Source: Thermodesulfobacteriota bacterium (GTDB lineage Bacteria > Desulfobacterota > Desulfobulbia > Desulfobulbales > SURF-16). From it: 33,422 nt of DNA. Below the pieces are notes generated by a model. That model saw nothing but the letters and a program-made list of their open reading frames with translations. It was not told the origin of the DNA and searched no databases. Positions 9,646-19,831 of this stretch are shown piece after piece; within the stretch, counting starts at the first letter, position 1; each line of letters begins with the position of its first letter. Location: assembly GCA_040755455.1 (NCBI GenBank), contig JBFMAY010000045.1:1-33422 (forward strand). Reading direction: 5' to 3'. The position numbers and the translations under genes were made by a program.

Positions 9646-12331
9646 GCTGCCCGTTTTCCTTTGGCGTAATTTTGAGCGGCAGCCGGCAGATGACCCGGAG
9701 CCCCCCGCCGGCCCGGTTTTCCGCCCGGATTGTGCCGCCGTGGGCCTCGACTATCCCTTTGCAGATGGAAAGCCCCAGTCCGGTTCCCGCCGCTCCTTCC
9801 GGTACCGGCACCTGGTAGAATTTGTCAAAGATGCGGGTGAGATCGTGATCCGGAACCCCGGGGCCCCGGTCGCCCGTCTCGATGAACAGCGACTTCCGGT
9901 CAATGCGGACAATGATATCAATCGCACTTCCTGGGGGCGAGAATTTAACGGCATTATCCAGCAGATTGATCAGCACCTGGTTCATGAGCACCATGTCCAT
10001 GAGCACCAGCGGCAGGCCGGGCGGCAGGTTGATGCTGACCGGCCGCTCCCCCAGGCGCTGTTCGAGATGGGCCAGGGCACAGCCGATCAGATCCTGCACG
10101 TCGCACGGTTCTTCCTTTAATTTGATCACCCCGGCCTCCAGCCGGGTCATGTCCAGCAGATTGCCGACAAAACGGTTCAATCTGGCCGCTTCCTCGCCTG
10201 CCGTGGCCAGCAGTTCCCGGCGGGCGGTGTCATTTAATCCGCCGCCTTCGTCCTGCAGGCTGCTTAAAATGCCCGTTATCGTGGCCAGCGGACTGCGCAG
10301 GTCGTGGGAGATGGAATTGAGCAGGGCCCGTTCCAGGTTTTCCCTGGTCAGCAGGATACGGGCCTGCTCGGCCTGATGGGCAAACTGGACCCGCTCCAGG
10401 GCCATGGCGGTCTGGCTGGCAAAGGCGTCCAGCAGCAGACGGGGCTGCGGGGAGGTGTAATCAGTCTCTTTGGCCAGCCGTATGCCCAGCACGCCCAGCA
10501 CATTGATGGACGTTTTCAGCGGCAGGTAGAGGAAGGCAGCCGAACTGAGGGTGCTGGTGCCGCGGCCGGCGGGCTGCTGGTTGCGAAACGCCCAGCCGGC
10601 CACCGCCTGCTCCTTGATATCAGGCGCCAGCCCAGCCCCATCGTCCATGAGAGTGAGCTGTTCCCCATCCGGGAAAAAGAACATGATCGCGGCATTGAGG
10701 CTTTCCCTGATATTTTTGTGCACTGCCTGCATGATGGTGTATGTGTCGGCGGCAGCGGCCAGGTCGCGGCTGAGATAATAGAGGCTCGCCGTCTGTACTT
10801 CCCTGGTCTGCATCGTTTCGACCCGCTGCCGGCCCTTGGCAACCAGGGTGCTGATGACCGCGCCCACCGTGAACAGGGCAAAAAAGGTGAGCAGGTACTC
10901 CTTGTCCGCCACCGCAAAGGTAAAATAGGGGGGCACGAAAAAGAAATCAAAGGCGAGCACGCCGAGGAAGGCGGCGAGGATGGCCGGCTCCCGCCCGAGC
11001 CGGATCCCCGCCAGCACCACGGCCAATAGATAAATCATCGCCATGTTGGTGGGGGAGAAAAAGGGGATGAGGGCCGCGCAGATCAGTGACGCCCCGCCGA
11101 CCAGGACGACGGCGGACATGTAGCCCGGCCAGGGGATTTTTTTCCTCGCCGCCGGGGCAAACCCTTCCCGCCGGCCTGCGGCGCTGATGCTGACCACATA
11201 GACATCGATCGTTCCGCTGCGGCGGATGATCTGGTCGACCAGCGGGGGGCGCAGAAACTCCCGCCAGCGCGATTTCGCCGGTTTGCCGACCACGATTTTC
11301 GTGACATTATGGCGGACGGCGTAATCGACCAGGGCATCGGCCACCGAGCTTGCGGTGATGGTGGCCACCTCGGCCCCCATGTTTTCAGCCAGCCGCAGAT
11401 CGCGCCAGATCCGTTCGCGGTTTTCCCGGGCGAATTTGTCGTCACCAGGGGATTCGATGTACACGGCATACCACGGCGCCTTCATTTCGTTTGCCAGCCG
11501 GCGGGTGATGCGCATCAGCCGTTCGCTGAAGGGGCTGCCGCTGACGCAGACCAGCAGCCGTTCCGCCGCAGGCCACGGCCCTGGGATGGCGCGGGTTTCC
11601 ATGTAAGCCCGCATCTGATCATCGACCCGCATCGCGGCATGGCGGAGCGATAATTCCCGCAGGGCGATAAGGTTGCCGGGCTGGAAAAACTTTTCCATGG
11701 CCTGAGCCGCCTGGGAGGGGATGTAGACCTTGCCTTCGTGTAACCGCTGCAGGAGTTCGTCCGGTGAAATGTCCACCAGGCGGATTTCGTCCGCCTGGTC
11801 GAGCAGCAGGTCGGGAACGGTTTCCCGCACGATAACCCCGGTAATCTGCGCGACAATATCGTTCAAGCTTTCAAAGTGCTGTATGTTGACCGTGGTATAG
11901 ACGTCGATGTCGGCGTTCAGCAGTTCCTGGACATCCTGCCAGCGTTTTTCATGCCGCATACCCGGAGCATTGGTGTGGGCCAGTTCGTCCACCAGGGCGA
12001 TCTGGGGCCGGCGCGCCAGCACCGCATCGAGGTCAAGCTCGGGCAGCAGCACTCCCTGATACCTGATCGTCGCCTTGGGAATGGCTTCCAGGCCCCGCAG
12101 CAGGGCATCAGTTTCCGTCCGGCCGTGTGATTCCACATAGGCCGCCACCACATCCGCTCCCTCACGCCGGAGCTGCTGGGCCACGGCAAGCATGGTGTAC
12201 GTTTTGCCGACCCCGGCGGCGTAACCGAGAAAGATCTTCAATCGGCCCTTGGCCGCCTTGTCTTCCTCGGCCTTGGCCAGCTTAAGCAGGGCCTCGGGCG
12301 AGGGCCGTTTTTCTTCGCCGTTGTTGTTCAT
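9638..12331 (-). CDS. kdpD: Sensor histidine kinase KdpD
   Basis: KdpD domain (GYAAGVGKT, LVDELAHTN, KRWQDV), USP domain, 4 TMs, GAF, SISHDLRSPL and GTGLGLSIC. Start placed at ATG 12331, which overlaps the kdpC stop (ATGA). Confidence 0.95.
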   Translation of the reverse strand: MNNNGEEKRPSPEALLKLAKAEEDKAAKGRLKIFLGYAAGVGKTYTMLAVAQQLRREGADVVAAYVESHGRTETDALLRGLEAIPKATIRYQGVLLPELDLDAVLARRPQIALVDELAHTNAPGMRHEKRWQDVQELLNADIDVYTTVNIQHFESLNDIVAQITGVIVRETVPDLLLDQADEIRLVDISPDELLQRLHEGKVYIPSQAAQAMEKFFQPGNLIALRELSLRHAAMRVDDQMRAYMETRAIPGPWPAAERLLVCVSGSPFSERLMRITRRLANEMKAPWYAVYIESPGDDKFARENRERIWRDLRLAENMGAEVATITASSVADALVDYAVRHNVTKIVVGKPAKSRWREFLRPPLVDQIIRRSGTIDVYVVSISAAGRREGFAPAARKKIPWPGYMSAVVLVGGASLICAALIPFFSPTNMAMIYLLAVVLAGIRLGREPAILAAFLGVLAFDFFFVPPYFTFAVADKEYLLTFFALFTVGAVISTLVAKGRQRVETMQTREVQTASLYYLSRDLAAAADTYTIMQAVHKNIRESLNAAIMFFFPDGEQLTLMDDGAGLAPDIKEQAVAGWAFRNQQPAGRGTSTLSSAAFLYLPLKTSINVLGVLGIRLAKETDYTSPQPRLLLDAFASQTAMALERVQFAHQAEQARILLTRENLERALLNSISHDLRSPLATITGILSSLQDEGGGLNDTARRELLATAGEEAARLNRFVGNLLDMTRLEAGVIKLKEEPCDVQDLIGCALAHLEQRLGERPVSINLPPGLPLVLMDMVLMNQVLINLLDNAVKFSPPGSAIDIIVRIDRKSLFIETGDRGPGVPDHDLTRIFDKFYQVPVPEGAAGTGLGLSICKGIVEAHGGTIRAENRAGGGLRVICRLPLKITPKENGQHE

Positions 12332-12897
12332 GGCGCCAGCCTGTCCAGGGCCAGGTTGAGCAACAGGACATTCACCCGAGGCTCGCCTAAAATCCCCCAT
12401 TGTCTTTCTTCAATGCGGGAGTTCACCATTTTTTGCAGTTCATGCTCGCTCATGCCCCGCGCCCCGGCAACCCGGGGAATCTGTGCGATAGCGGCCGCCG
12501 GGGTGATATGGGGATCAAGGCCGCTGGCCGAGGCCTGCACCAGATCGGAGGGCACGGGCGTCTCGATGCCCGCGGCACGCAGGAGGTTGACCCGCGCCTC
12601 TACCAGCCTGAGCAAAGAGGGGTTGGTCGGCCCGAGGTTGGAGCCGCCAGAGGCCAGGGGGTTATAGCTGTGGCCTCCGGTGGCGGACGGCCTGGGCCAG
12701 AAATAGTTGCGCGCGGAAAAAGGCTGGCCGATAAGCTTTGAGCCGATTGCCCGGCCGTTTTGGTCGGCAATGAGGCTGCCCGCCGCCTGTCCGGGGAAAA
12801 ATAGGTAGGCGCAGCCGGTAACGGCGGCGGGATAGAGCCCCCCCAGCAGCAAGGTGAAAACAAGAAAGAGCAGCATGGCTGATTGTATGGTTTTCAT
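12328..12897 (-). CDS. kdpC: K+-transporting ATPase subunit C
   Basis: Motifs GSKLIGQ.F, YFWPRPSA, SGGSNLGP, ASASGLDPHI and EPRVNVLLLNLALD. Confidence 0.96.
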   Translation of the reverse strand: MKTIQSAMLLFLVFTLLLGGLYPAAVTGCAYLFFPGQAAGSLIADQNGRAIGSKLIGQPFSARNYFWPRPSATGGHSYNPLASGGSNLGPTNPSLLRLVEARVNLLRAAGIETPVPSDLVQASASGLDPHITPAAAIAQIPRVAGARGMSEHELQKMVNSRIEERQWGILGEPRVNVLLLNLALDRLAP

Positions 12898-12919
12898 GGC
12901 GTCATTCCTTATCTTTAAA

Positions 12920-14986
12920 TTACCCGAAAAGTCCGGTCAGCAAATCAATCACCTTGATGCCGGCAAAGGGGACAACCATGCCGCCGACTCCATAGACCAG
13001 GAGGCTGTGGATCAGCATTTTCTCGGCCGGCATGGGGCGGTATTTTGTTCCCCTGAGGGCCAGGGGAATCAGCAGCGGGATGATGAGGGCATTGAAAATG
13101 ACCGCCGCCAGGATGGCGCTGCGAGGACTGGCCAGACGCATGATGTTGAGGGCGTCCAGCTCAGGGTAGATGGAGATGAGCGCCGCCGGGATAATGGCAA
13201 AGTACTTGGCCACATCGTTGGCGATGCTGAAGGTGGTCAGATTGCCGCGGGTCATCAGGATCTGTTTGCCGATCTCCACGATATCCAGGAGTTTGGTGGG
13301 GTTGCTGTCGAGATCGATGATGTTTGCCGCTTCCCGGGCCGGCTGGGTGCCGGTGTTCATGGCCACCGCCACATCGGCCTGGGCCAGGGCCGGCGCGTCA
13401 TTGGTGCCGTCGCCGGTCATGGCCACCATGTAGCCGGCCTGCTGGTTTTCGCGGATGAGGCGCAATTTGTCCTCCGGTGTTGCCTGGGCCAGAAAATCAT
13501 CCACCTGGGCCTCGGCGGCAATGGCTGCGGCGGTATGCGGATTGTCGCCGGTTATCATGACCGTCCTGATGCCCATGCTGCGCAGCTGCTGGAAACGTTC
13601 CTGGATGCCGCCCTTGAGAATGTCCTTCAGGTTGATAACCCCCAGGATATCCGCTTCACAGCAAACCGCCAGCGGCGTGCCCCCGCCCTTGGCAATGGCG
13701 TGGGCCGGGCCTTGCAGATCCCTTGGCGGGCGCCCGCCGAGTTTCTGCACAAAGCCGACAATGGAGTCGGTCGCCCCCTTGCGGTACCGCTTGCCGCCGG
13801 TGTCGGTGCCGGAAAGGCGCGTTTCGGCGCTGAAGGCGACATTTTTTGCCCCGGCCGGCAACCTTTGCATTCGCTGTTTATACTCCTTCTTGGCGAGAAT
13901 GACAATGCTGCGGCCTTCCGGCGTTTCGTCCCCCAGTGAGGCGATCATGGCCGCCTCCACCAGCTCCTCTTCCGTGTGGCCGCCCACCGGCACAAAATCA
14001 ACCGCCTCCCGGTTGCCCAAGGTGATGGTGCCGGTTTTGTCGAGCAGCAGCACATTGACGTCGCCTGCCGCCTCAATTGCCCGGCCGGACAGGGCGATGA
14101 CGTTTTTCTGGAAGAGCCGGTCCATGCCGGCGATGCCGATGGCCGGGAGCAGGGCGGCGATGGTGGTGGGGGCAAGGCAGACAAAGAGCGCCACCAGGAC
14201 GGTGAGCGACACTGCTTCCCCCTGGCCGGTGACGCCTGCGCTGTAAACGGAGAGCGGGCGCAGATTGGCGACGACCAGCAGAAAGACGGCGGTAAGGGCG
14301 ATCAGCAGCACTTCCAGGGCCATTTCATTGGGGGTCTTGCGGCGTTTTGCCCCCTCCACCATGCCGATCATGCGGTCAAGAAAGGTCTCGCCGGGGTTGG
14401 CGGTGATCCGCACCACAATGGCACCGGAGGTGACCGTGGTGCCTCCGGTGACGGCGCTGCGGTCACCGCCGGATTCACGCACCACCGGCGCCGATTCGCC
14501 GGTCACTGCCGCCTCGTTTACCAGGGCGGCGCCGGAAACCACCTCGCCGTCCCCGGCAATGAGCTCACCCGTCGACACCAGGATATGGTCATCCCGGCGC
14601 AGCAGATTGGCCGCCACCGCTTCCGACGGAGCGGCAGGATCGGGTGATGCCAGGCGTCTGGCCTGAACCTCGGTTCTTGATTTTCTGAGCGAGGCGGCGC
14701 GCGCCTTGCCGCGGCCCTCGGCCAGGGCCTCGGCAAAGGTGCCGAAAAATACCGTGAGCCAGAGCCAGAGGGAAACAAGACCGCTGAACCAGGCCGGGTC
14801 TCCCTGCCGGCCGGACAGGGCGAGCAGAAAGTTGATCAGGGTGATGGCTCCGCCGATTTCCACCAGGAACATGACCGGACTGCGCCACAGGATGCGGGGG
14901 TCGAGTTTTTTCAACGCCCCGGCCACGGCGGCGCGCAGCAGGGCCGGGGCGAAAATGGAGAGCGGCGGTTGAACGTGTTTGGCCAT
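12920..14986 (-). CDS. kdpB: K+-transporting P-type ATPase subunit B
   Basis: Motifs [21 protein letters not shown] and [10 protein letters not shown]. Real start is likely MAKHV at 14986, just after the kdpA stop, with an upstream GGAGG. Confidence 0.96.
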   Translation of the reverse strand: MAKHVQPPLSIFAPALLRAAVAGALKKLDPRILWRSPVMFLVEIGGAITLINFLLALSGRQGDPAWFSGLVSLWLWLTVFFGTFAEALAEGRGKARAASLRKSRTEVQARRLASPDPAAPSEAVAANLLRRDDHILVSTGELIAGDGEVVSGAALVNEAAVTGESAPVVRESGGDRSAVTGGTTVTSGAIVVRITANPGETFLDRMIGMVEGAKRRKTPNEMALEVLLIALTAVFLLVVANLRPLSVYSAGVTGQGEAVSLTVLVALFVCLAPTTIAALLPAIGIAGMDRLFQKNVIALSGRAIEAAGDVNVLLLDKTGTITLGNREAVDFVPVGGHTEEELVEAAMIASLGDETPEGRSIVILAKKEYKQRMQRLPAGAKNVAFSAETRLSGTDTGGKRYRKGATDSIVGFVQKLGGRPPRDLQGPAHAIAKGGGTPLAVCCEADILGVINLKDILKGGIQERFQQLRSMGIRTVMITGDNPHTAAAIAAEAQVDDFLAQATPEDKLRLIRENQQAGYMVAMTGDGTNDAPALAQADVAVAMNTGTQPAREAANIIDLDSNPTKLLDIVEIGKQILMTRGNLTTFSIANDVAKYFAIIPAALISIYPELDALNIMRLASPRSAILAAVIFNALIIPLLIPLALRGTKYRPMPAEKMLIHSLLVYGVGGMVVPFAGIKVIDLLTGLFG

Positions 14987-14988
14987 GG

Positions 14989-16770
14989 TTATCTTCCTCC
15001 GGTCATGAGCAGGTGTTCGACAATCGGCCCCAGGGCCAGGGCCGGGAAAAAGGTGAGGGCGCCGACAATGACAATGACCAGCACGAGCCACAGGGTGAAG
15101 GGGATTGAATCGGTGGGCAGGGTGCCGAGACTCGGGGGCGCGAATTTCTTTTCCGCCAGCGCCCCGGCCATGGCAAGCACCGCCACGGCCGGCACGTACC
15201 GGCCAAGCAGCATGGCAGTCGAGGTCGAAAGAATAGGGAAGAGGGTGTCGGCGTTGAGGCCGGCAAAGGCGCTGCCGTTGTTGTTGGCGGTGGAGGCAAA
15301 GGCGTAGAGCACCTCGGAGAGGCCGTGGGCGCCGGGATTGGCCATGCAAGCGAGCCCTGCCGGGGCAAGCAGGGCAGCAGCGGAGAAAATGAGAACAATG
15401 GCGCCTGAGGTGAGGACAATGACCATTGACAACCACATCTCCCGCACCTCGATTTTTTTGCCCAGGTACTCAGGGGTGCGGCCGATCATCAGCCCAGCGA
15501 CAAACACGGCGATCACCACAAAGGCAAGCATGGTATAGAGCCCCGAGCCCACCCCGCCGAAGACCACTTCGCCAAGCAGCATCAGCACCATGGGCACCAT
15601 GCCGCCCAGCGGGGTCAAGCTGTCATGCATGGCATTCACCGCCCCGCAGGAGGTGGCGGTGGTGAGGGCGGCAAAGAGTGAGGAGCCGCCCACGCCGAAG
15701 CGCACCTCCTTGCCTTCCAGGTATGGCCCGGCCGCCCCGAGTCCGTCAACCAGGGGATTGCCGGCGCTTTCCGCCCAGTAGAGGCAGCCCACGGCAATGA
15801 CCAGCAGCATCAGCATGGCGAGAAACAAGGTCTTGCCCTGGCCCTGGTTGCCGGTCATGTGGCCGAAGGCAAAGGTCAGACCGGCCGGGATCAGGAGAAT
15901 CAGCAGGCATTCGATAAAATTGGTAAGCGGTGTCGGATTCTCAAAAGGATGGGCGGAGTTGGCATTGAAAAATCCGCCGCCATTGGTGCCCACTTCCTTG
16001 ATCGCCTCCTGGGAGGCCACCGGTCCCATGGGAAGAACCTGTTCATTGATAATGACGGAGGTTGCGGGCATTTTGTTCTCTGCGGCGGCACCATGCTGCC
16101 CCTCCTTGTCGGCCTGCGGCTGTTCAAGGTGCATGGGCTGCACCAGGGTCACGGTTTGGTAAGGGCTGAAATTCTGGATGATCCCCTGGGAGACCAGAAA
16201 AATGGCGGCAAGCAGGGACAGCGGCAGCAGCATGTAGAGGATGGTGCGGGTCAGGTCCACCCAGAAGTTGCCGATCGTTTTGGTGTTGCGGCGGGCAAGG
16301 CCGCGGATAAGGGCGATGGCGATGACCATGCCGGTGGCGGCGGAGACGAAGTTATGCACCGTAAGCCCGGCCATCTGGGTGAGGTAACTGACCGCCGCTT
16401 CGCCGCTGTATGTCTGCCAGTTGGTGTTGGTGGTGAAGCTGATGGCCGTATTGAGCGCCATGGGCCAGGAGGCGTTGGGGATGTCCTGCGGGTTGAGCGG
16501 CAGCAGACCCTGCAGGCGCAGCATGGCGAAGAGGGAAAGAAACATGACGGCGTTGCATGCCAGCATGGCGCCGGCATACTGTCGCCAGTTCATCTCCTCT
16601 TGCGCAATCCGGCAGAAACGGTAGATCAGTTTTTCCACAGGACCAACGACAGGGGTCAGCAGGGTGCGTTCCCCCTGATAGGTGCTGGCCATGAACAGGC
16701 CGAAGGGCCTGGCAAGCAGGGTGAGAATCGCCAGGTAGGCCAGAAACTCAAATATATCCAGATAGATCAT
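14989..16770 (-). CDS. kdpA: K+-transporting ATPase subunit A
   Basis: Four selectivity-filter motifs TNTNWQ, GTNGGG, TSCGAVN and NNNGSAF, plus [10 protein letters not shown]. Confidence 0.96.
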   Translation of the reverse strand: MIYLDIFEFLAYLAILTLLARPFGLFMASTYQGERTLLTPVVGPVEKLIYRFCRIAQEEMNWRQYAGAMLACNAVMFLSLFAMLRLQGLLPLNPQDIPNASWPMALNTAISFTTNTNWQTYSGEAAVSYLTQMAGLTVHNFVSAATGMVIAIALIRGLARRNTKTIGNFWVDLTRTILYMLLPLSLLAAIFLVSQGIIQNFSPYQTVTLVQPMHLEQPQADKEGQHGAAAENKMPATSVIINEQVLPMGPVASQEAIKEVGTNGGGFFNANSAHPFENPTPLTNFIECLLILLIPAGLTFAFGHMTGNQGQGKTLFLAMLMLLVIAVGCLYWAESAGNPLVDGLGAAGPYLEGKEVRFGVGGSSLFAALTTATSCGAVNAMHDSLTPLGGMVPMVLMLLGEVVFGGVGSGLYTMLAFVVIAVFVAGLMIGRTPEYLGKKIEVREMWLSMVIVLTSGAIVLIFSAAALLAPAGLACMANPGAHGLSEVLYAFASTANNNGSAFAGLNADTLFPILSTSTAMLLGRYVPAVAVLAMAGALAEKKFAPPSLGTLPTDSIPFTLWLVLVIVIVGALTFFPALALGPIVEHLLMTGGR

Positions 16771-16862
16771 GATAAGGATTCCTTGTCCGGTGCCGGTTTG
16801 CCTTTGGTTGAGTAAGAAATTGGAGGGCAGGGGGAGGATTTTTTTTATGTTATTTGACGGCC

Positions 16863-16930
16863 ATTATAATTGCAAGGGCATAAAAAAGGCCTCAAAATAG
16901 GCCATAAAGTCATCAAGAATATATCAAGAT
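16863..16930 (-). promoter_or_regulatory. Putative kdpA promoter with tandem T-rich repeats (candidate KdpE sites)
   Basis: Minus-strand TATAAT at 16868-16863 with no good -35. Upstream are roughly helically spaced TCTTGAT, TCTTGAT, CTTTATG, TTTTGAG and TTTTATG repeats. Confidence 0.5.
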
Positions 16931-17071
16931 ACCAAAAAAACGGGCGAAGAATCTTTTGTCCGCGGGGAGGGTATCTGCTTTCATGCACAACAGCCCCGCC
17001 CGGTGGTGGCCAGCAGGGCTGCATCAGGCATATCCTATCCTTTCCGGCTGCCTTGCCTAACTCATTTCAAT

Positions 17072-17100
17072 TTGACATCGGATGGCCATTTCCTTAAAGT
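17072..17100 (+). promoter_or_regulatory. Sigma70-type promoter for the chemoreceptor gene
   Basis: TTGACA (17072-17077), 17-nt spacer, TAAAGT (17095-17100). Confidence 0.6.
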
Positions 17101-17142
17101 AAAAGCTGGAAGATGGCTTTTATAACTATTTCAGGGAGTGGG

Positions 17143-19518
17143 ATGATGTTTCACAATGTGAGGATCCGCACAAAGCTCATTTTAACCTTTCTGGCTATTG
17201 CCGGCCTGTCGGCGATTTCTATCTGGATTACCCTGATAAATGTTATCAACAACGATGGACGTAAGGATATTGAAGATTTTGAAAAGCGGGAAATGAGCCG
17301 TATCAAGAATGATCTGAAGGATTACGTGAATATCGCCTGGCAGATTGCCGACAAAAATCTGCGGGCCGCCCAGGACAAGGAGCATCTCCAGAAGGTCTAT
17401 GGCCCCAAACTTGCCAGTATCATTGATATGGCCGACTCCATTGTGCAGCAGGCCATCAAGGACGCAGCCAGCGGCAGGATCACCATTGACGAGGCAAAAA
17501 TACAGGCCAGGGAGCAGATCCGCAAGTTCCGTTTTGATAACGGCGCCGGCTACATTTTCATCATAGACAATCAGCTGCCCCTGCCCAGGGCCATTCTCCA
17601 TCCCTTGCTGCCTGAGCTGGAAGGAAAGATTCTCAATGCCCCGGAATATAATTGCGCGCTTGGACAAAATAAAAATCTCTTTGCCGCAATGGTGGAGGTC
17701 TGCAAGGCTGATGGCCAGGGCTTTGTCGATTACTTATGGAGCAAACCGACCAAGGACGGCACCAGCACGGCCCAGCCGAAACTGTCCTATGCCCGGCTGA
17801 TCAAGGAGTGGGGCTGGATTCTCAGCACCGGCATTTATGTGGATGACGCCATCACCGAAGCCATTGACCGGACCAGGGAAGATATCCGCAAGCTGCGCTA
17901 TGACAACGGCGTCGGCTACCTGTGGATCAATGATACAGGCAAACCGTTTCCGAAAATGGTCATGCATCCCATGCAGCCGGAGCTTGAGGGGAAGGTGCTG
18001 GATGACCAGAAATTCAATAACGCCCTTGGCAGGAAAGAGAATCTTTTCAAGGCAATGGTTGATGTGTGCACGGCGGAGGGGGAAGGTTTTATCGATTATA
18101 CCTATGATAAAATGGAAGCGGATGGCACAAGCCGCCAGCAGGCCAAGCTCTCTTATGTCAGACTGTTTAAACCGCTGAACTGGGTAATCGGCACCGGGGT
18201 CTATGTGGATGAGGTGGAGAAAACCATGTTCGAGAAAAAAGAGGCACTCAGGCAACAGCAGCGGGTTCTTTTCGTGAAATTGTCGGTTGTTTTTGTTGCC
18301 ATCGGCGTGCTGGCCGTGGTGCTGTTTTATTTCATCAGTAATCGCATCGCACTGCCCCTGCAGAAATGTGCGGTTTTCTGCGGCAAAATCGGCATCGGCG
18401 ATCTCAGTGAACGGCTTGAGGTGAAGCAGTCCGCCGGTGGCGAAAGGAAAAAATCCGGCGATGAGGTCGCTGCCATCGCCCATGCCCTCAACAGTCTGCG
18501 CGACGGTCTCAAGGAAAAGGTCGACATGGCGGAAAAGATCGCCGATGGGGACCTGCAGAACGAGGTGCATGTCGCCTCAGACCATGACATGCTCAGCATC
18601 TCTTTAAACAGGATGATCGCCAACCTGCGCGAGCTGCTGGCTGAGATCCGGGAAACGGCCGATGTGGTGTCCTCCTCATCCCACGAAATGACGGCAGTCA
18701 CAACCGAACTGGCCGCCGGCGCGGAAGAGACCAGTGTGCAGGCCAATGCCGTGGCCAGCGCCACGGAAGAGATCAATGTCAATGCGGGCAGTGTGTCAAC
18801 GACTTTCGGCCAGGTGGCGGCAAATGTGACCGGCGTTGCCCAGGCCACCGAAAACATGAATAAGGGTATTGCCCAGATCAGCAGCAAGGCCGAGGAAGGT
18901 GCGCGCATCACGGACAGGGCCTACCAGCAGGCGCAGAAAGCCAATTTAACCATCCAGAACCTGGTGACGGCCGCGGCGGAGATTGATCAAGTCACGAGAA
19001 CAATTGGTGAAATCACGGAACAGACCAAGCTGCTTGCCTTGAATGCCACTATCGAGGCGGCCCGGGCCGGTGAGGCAGGCAAGGGGTTTGCCGTGGTGGC
19101 CAATGAGGTGAAGGAACTGGCCCTGCAGAGCGCCCAGGCGGCTGCGAACATTTCGTCAAGCATCCGTGAGGTGCAGAAAAGCATCGGCGAGGCGGTGACG
19201 GCGATGACGGAGGTTGGGGCCATCATCAAGGAGGTGAACGACTCATCCACGGCGATTTCAGGCTCCATACAAGAGCAGGGCAATATCACCTCGCAGATTG
19301 CCGGACAGATCGCCGATTCCAATGACAGCATCATGGAGATCAACAAGGCCATGGAGGAATTGTCCCTGGGCATCCGGGAGGTTTCCTCCAATATCCAGGG
19401 AGTAAGCCAGGTGGCCCAGGACAGCGGCAAGGGGGTGCAGCAGTTGAGCCAGGCCGCAGCCGATTTGTCTGTGCTGGCGACCAGGCTGCAGACCCTGGTG
19501 CACAAATTCAGGCTGTAA
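17143..19518 (+). CDS. Methyl-accepting chemotaxis protein with two Cache_2-type sensor modules
   Basis: TM, two homologous repeats (GY..I.D...HP..PELEGK...GF.DY...KLSY...W...TG.YVD), TM, HAMP, and signalling hairpin LLALNATIEAARAGEAGKGFAVVANEVK. Start placed after GGGAG at 17143; 17113 is possible. Confidence 0.92.
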   Translation: MMFHNVRIRTKLILTFLAIAGLSAISIWITLINVINNDGRKDIEDFEKREMSRIKNDLKDYVNIAWQIADKNLRAAQDKEHLQKVYGPKLASIIDMADSIVQQAIKDAASGRITIDEAKIQAREQIRKFRFDNGAGYIFIIDNQLPLPRAILHPLLPELEGKILNAPEYNCALGQNKNLFAAMVEVCKADGQGFVDYLWSKPTKDGTSTAQPKLSYARLIKEWGWILSTGIYVDDAITEAIDRTREDIRKLRYDNGVGYLWINDTGKPFPKMVMHPMQPELEGKVLDDQKFNNALGRKENLFKAMVDVCTAEGEGFIDYTYDKMEADGTSRQQAKLSYVRLFKPLNWVIGTGVYVDEVEKTMFEKKEALRQQQRVLFVKLSVVFVAIGVLAVVLFYFISNRIALPLQKCAVFCGKIGIGDLSERLEVKQSAGGERKKSGDEVAAIAHALNSLRDGLKEKVDMAEKIADGDLQNEVHVASDHDMLSISLNRMIANLRELLAEIRETADVVSSSSHEMTAVTTELAAGAEETSVQANAVASATEEINVNAGSVSTTFGQVAANVTGVAQATENMNKGIAQISSKAEEGARITDRAYQQAQKANLTIQNLVTAAAEIDQVTRTIGEITEQTKLLALNATIEAARAGEAGKGFAVVANEVKELALQSAQAAANISSSIREVQKSIGEAVTAMTEVGAIIKEVNDSSTAISGSIQEQGNITSQIAGQIADSNDSIMEINKAMEELSLGIREVSSNIQGVSQVAQDSGKGVQQLSQAAADLSVLATRLQTLVHKFRL

Positions 19519-19831
19519 TTAACTGTTCGATAATGGCTGCCCCTACCACGAGCCTTCATTGCGGGCAATAGACCGCCGCACCGGGCCAATGGACTGGCCG
19601 GTCCCGGCAGTCTCTTTCTGCCAGAAATTCCAATCTGCCCTTGCCTCGCGATTTTTTTATATTTCTGCCAAAATCATCGGAAAGAGATTGATTTCAATGA
19701 GAGGTTAGGTTATTGCTTAACAATCATTGGAAGATCCGCTGGATTATAGCGGAGGTTGGACATGAAGGGCCGGCGAAAATCGACCGGTTCCGTTGTGCTT
19801 CACAGTGTAAGACCAACACCTGAAGAAAGCC

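Noticed and set aside
12332..12400. N-terminal extension of KdpD
   Set aside because: It overlaps kdpC. The ATGA coupling at 12328-12331 gives the natural start.
14987..15436. N-terminal extension of KdpB in the ORF track
   Set aside because: It overlaps kdpA in another frame and has no KdpB-like sequence. The RBS and ATG at 14986 fit better.
3839..16815. Many long antisense or alternate-frame ORFs (e.g. 3839-4873, 12854-13939, 15859-16815)
   Set aside because: They are shadow ORFs of GC-rich, well-identified genes and show no recognisable motifs.
16854..16870. Plus-strand TTGACG...TATAAT promoter
   Set aside because: The spacer is only about 5 nt. The TATAAT is better explained as the minus-strand kdp -10 box.
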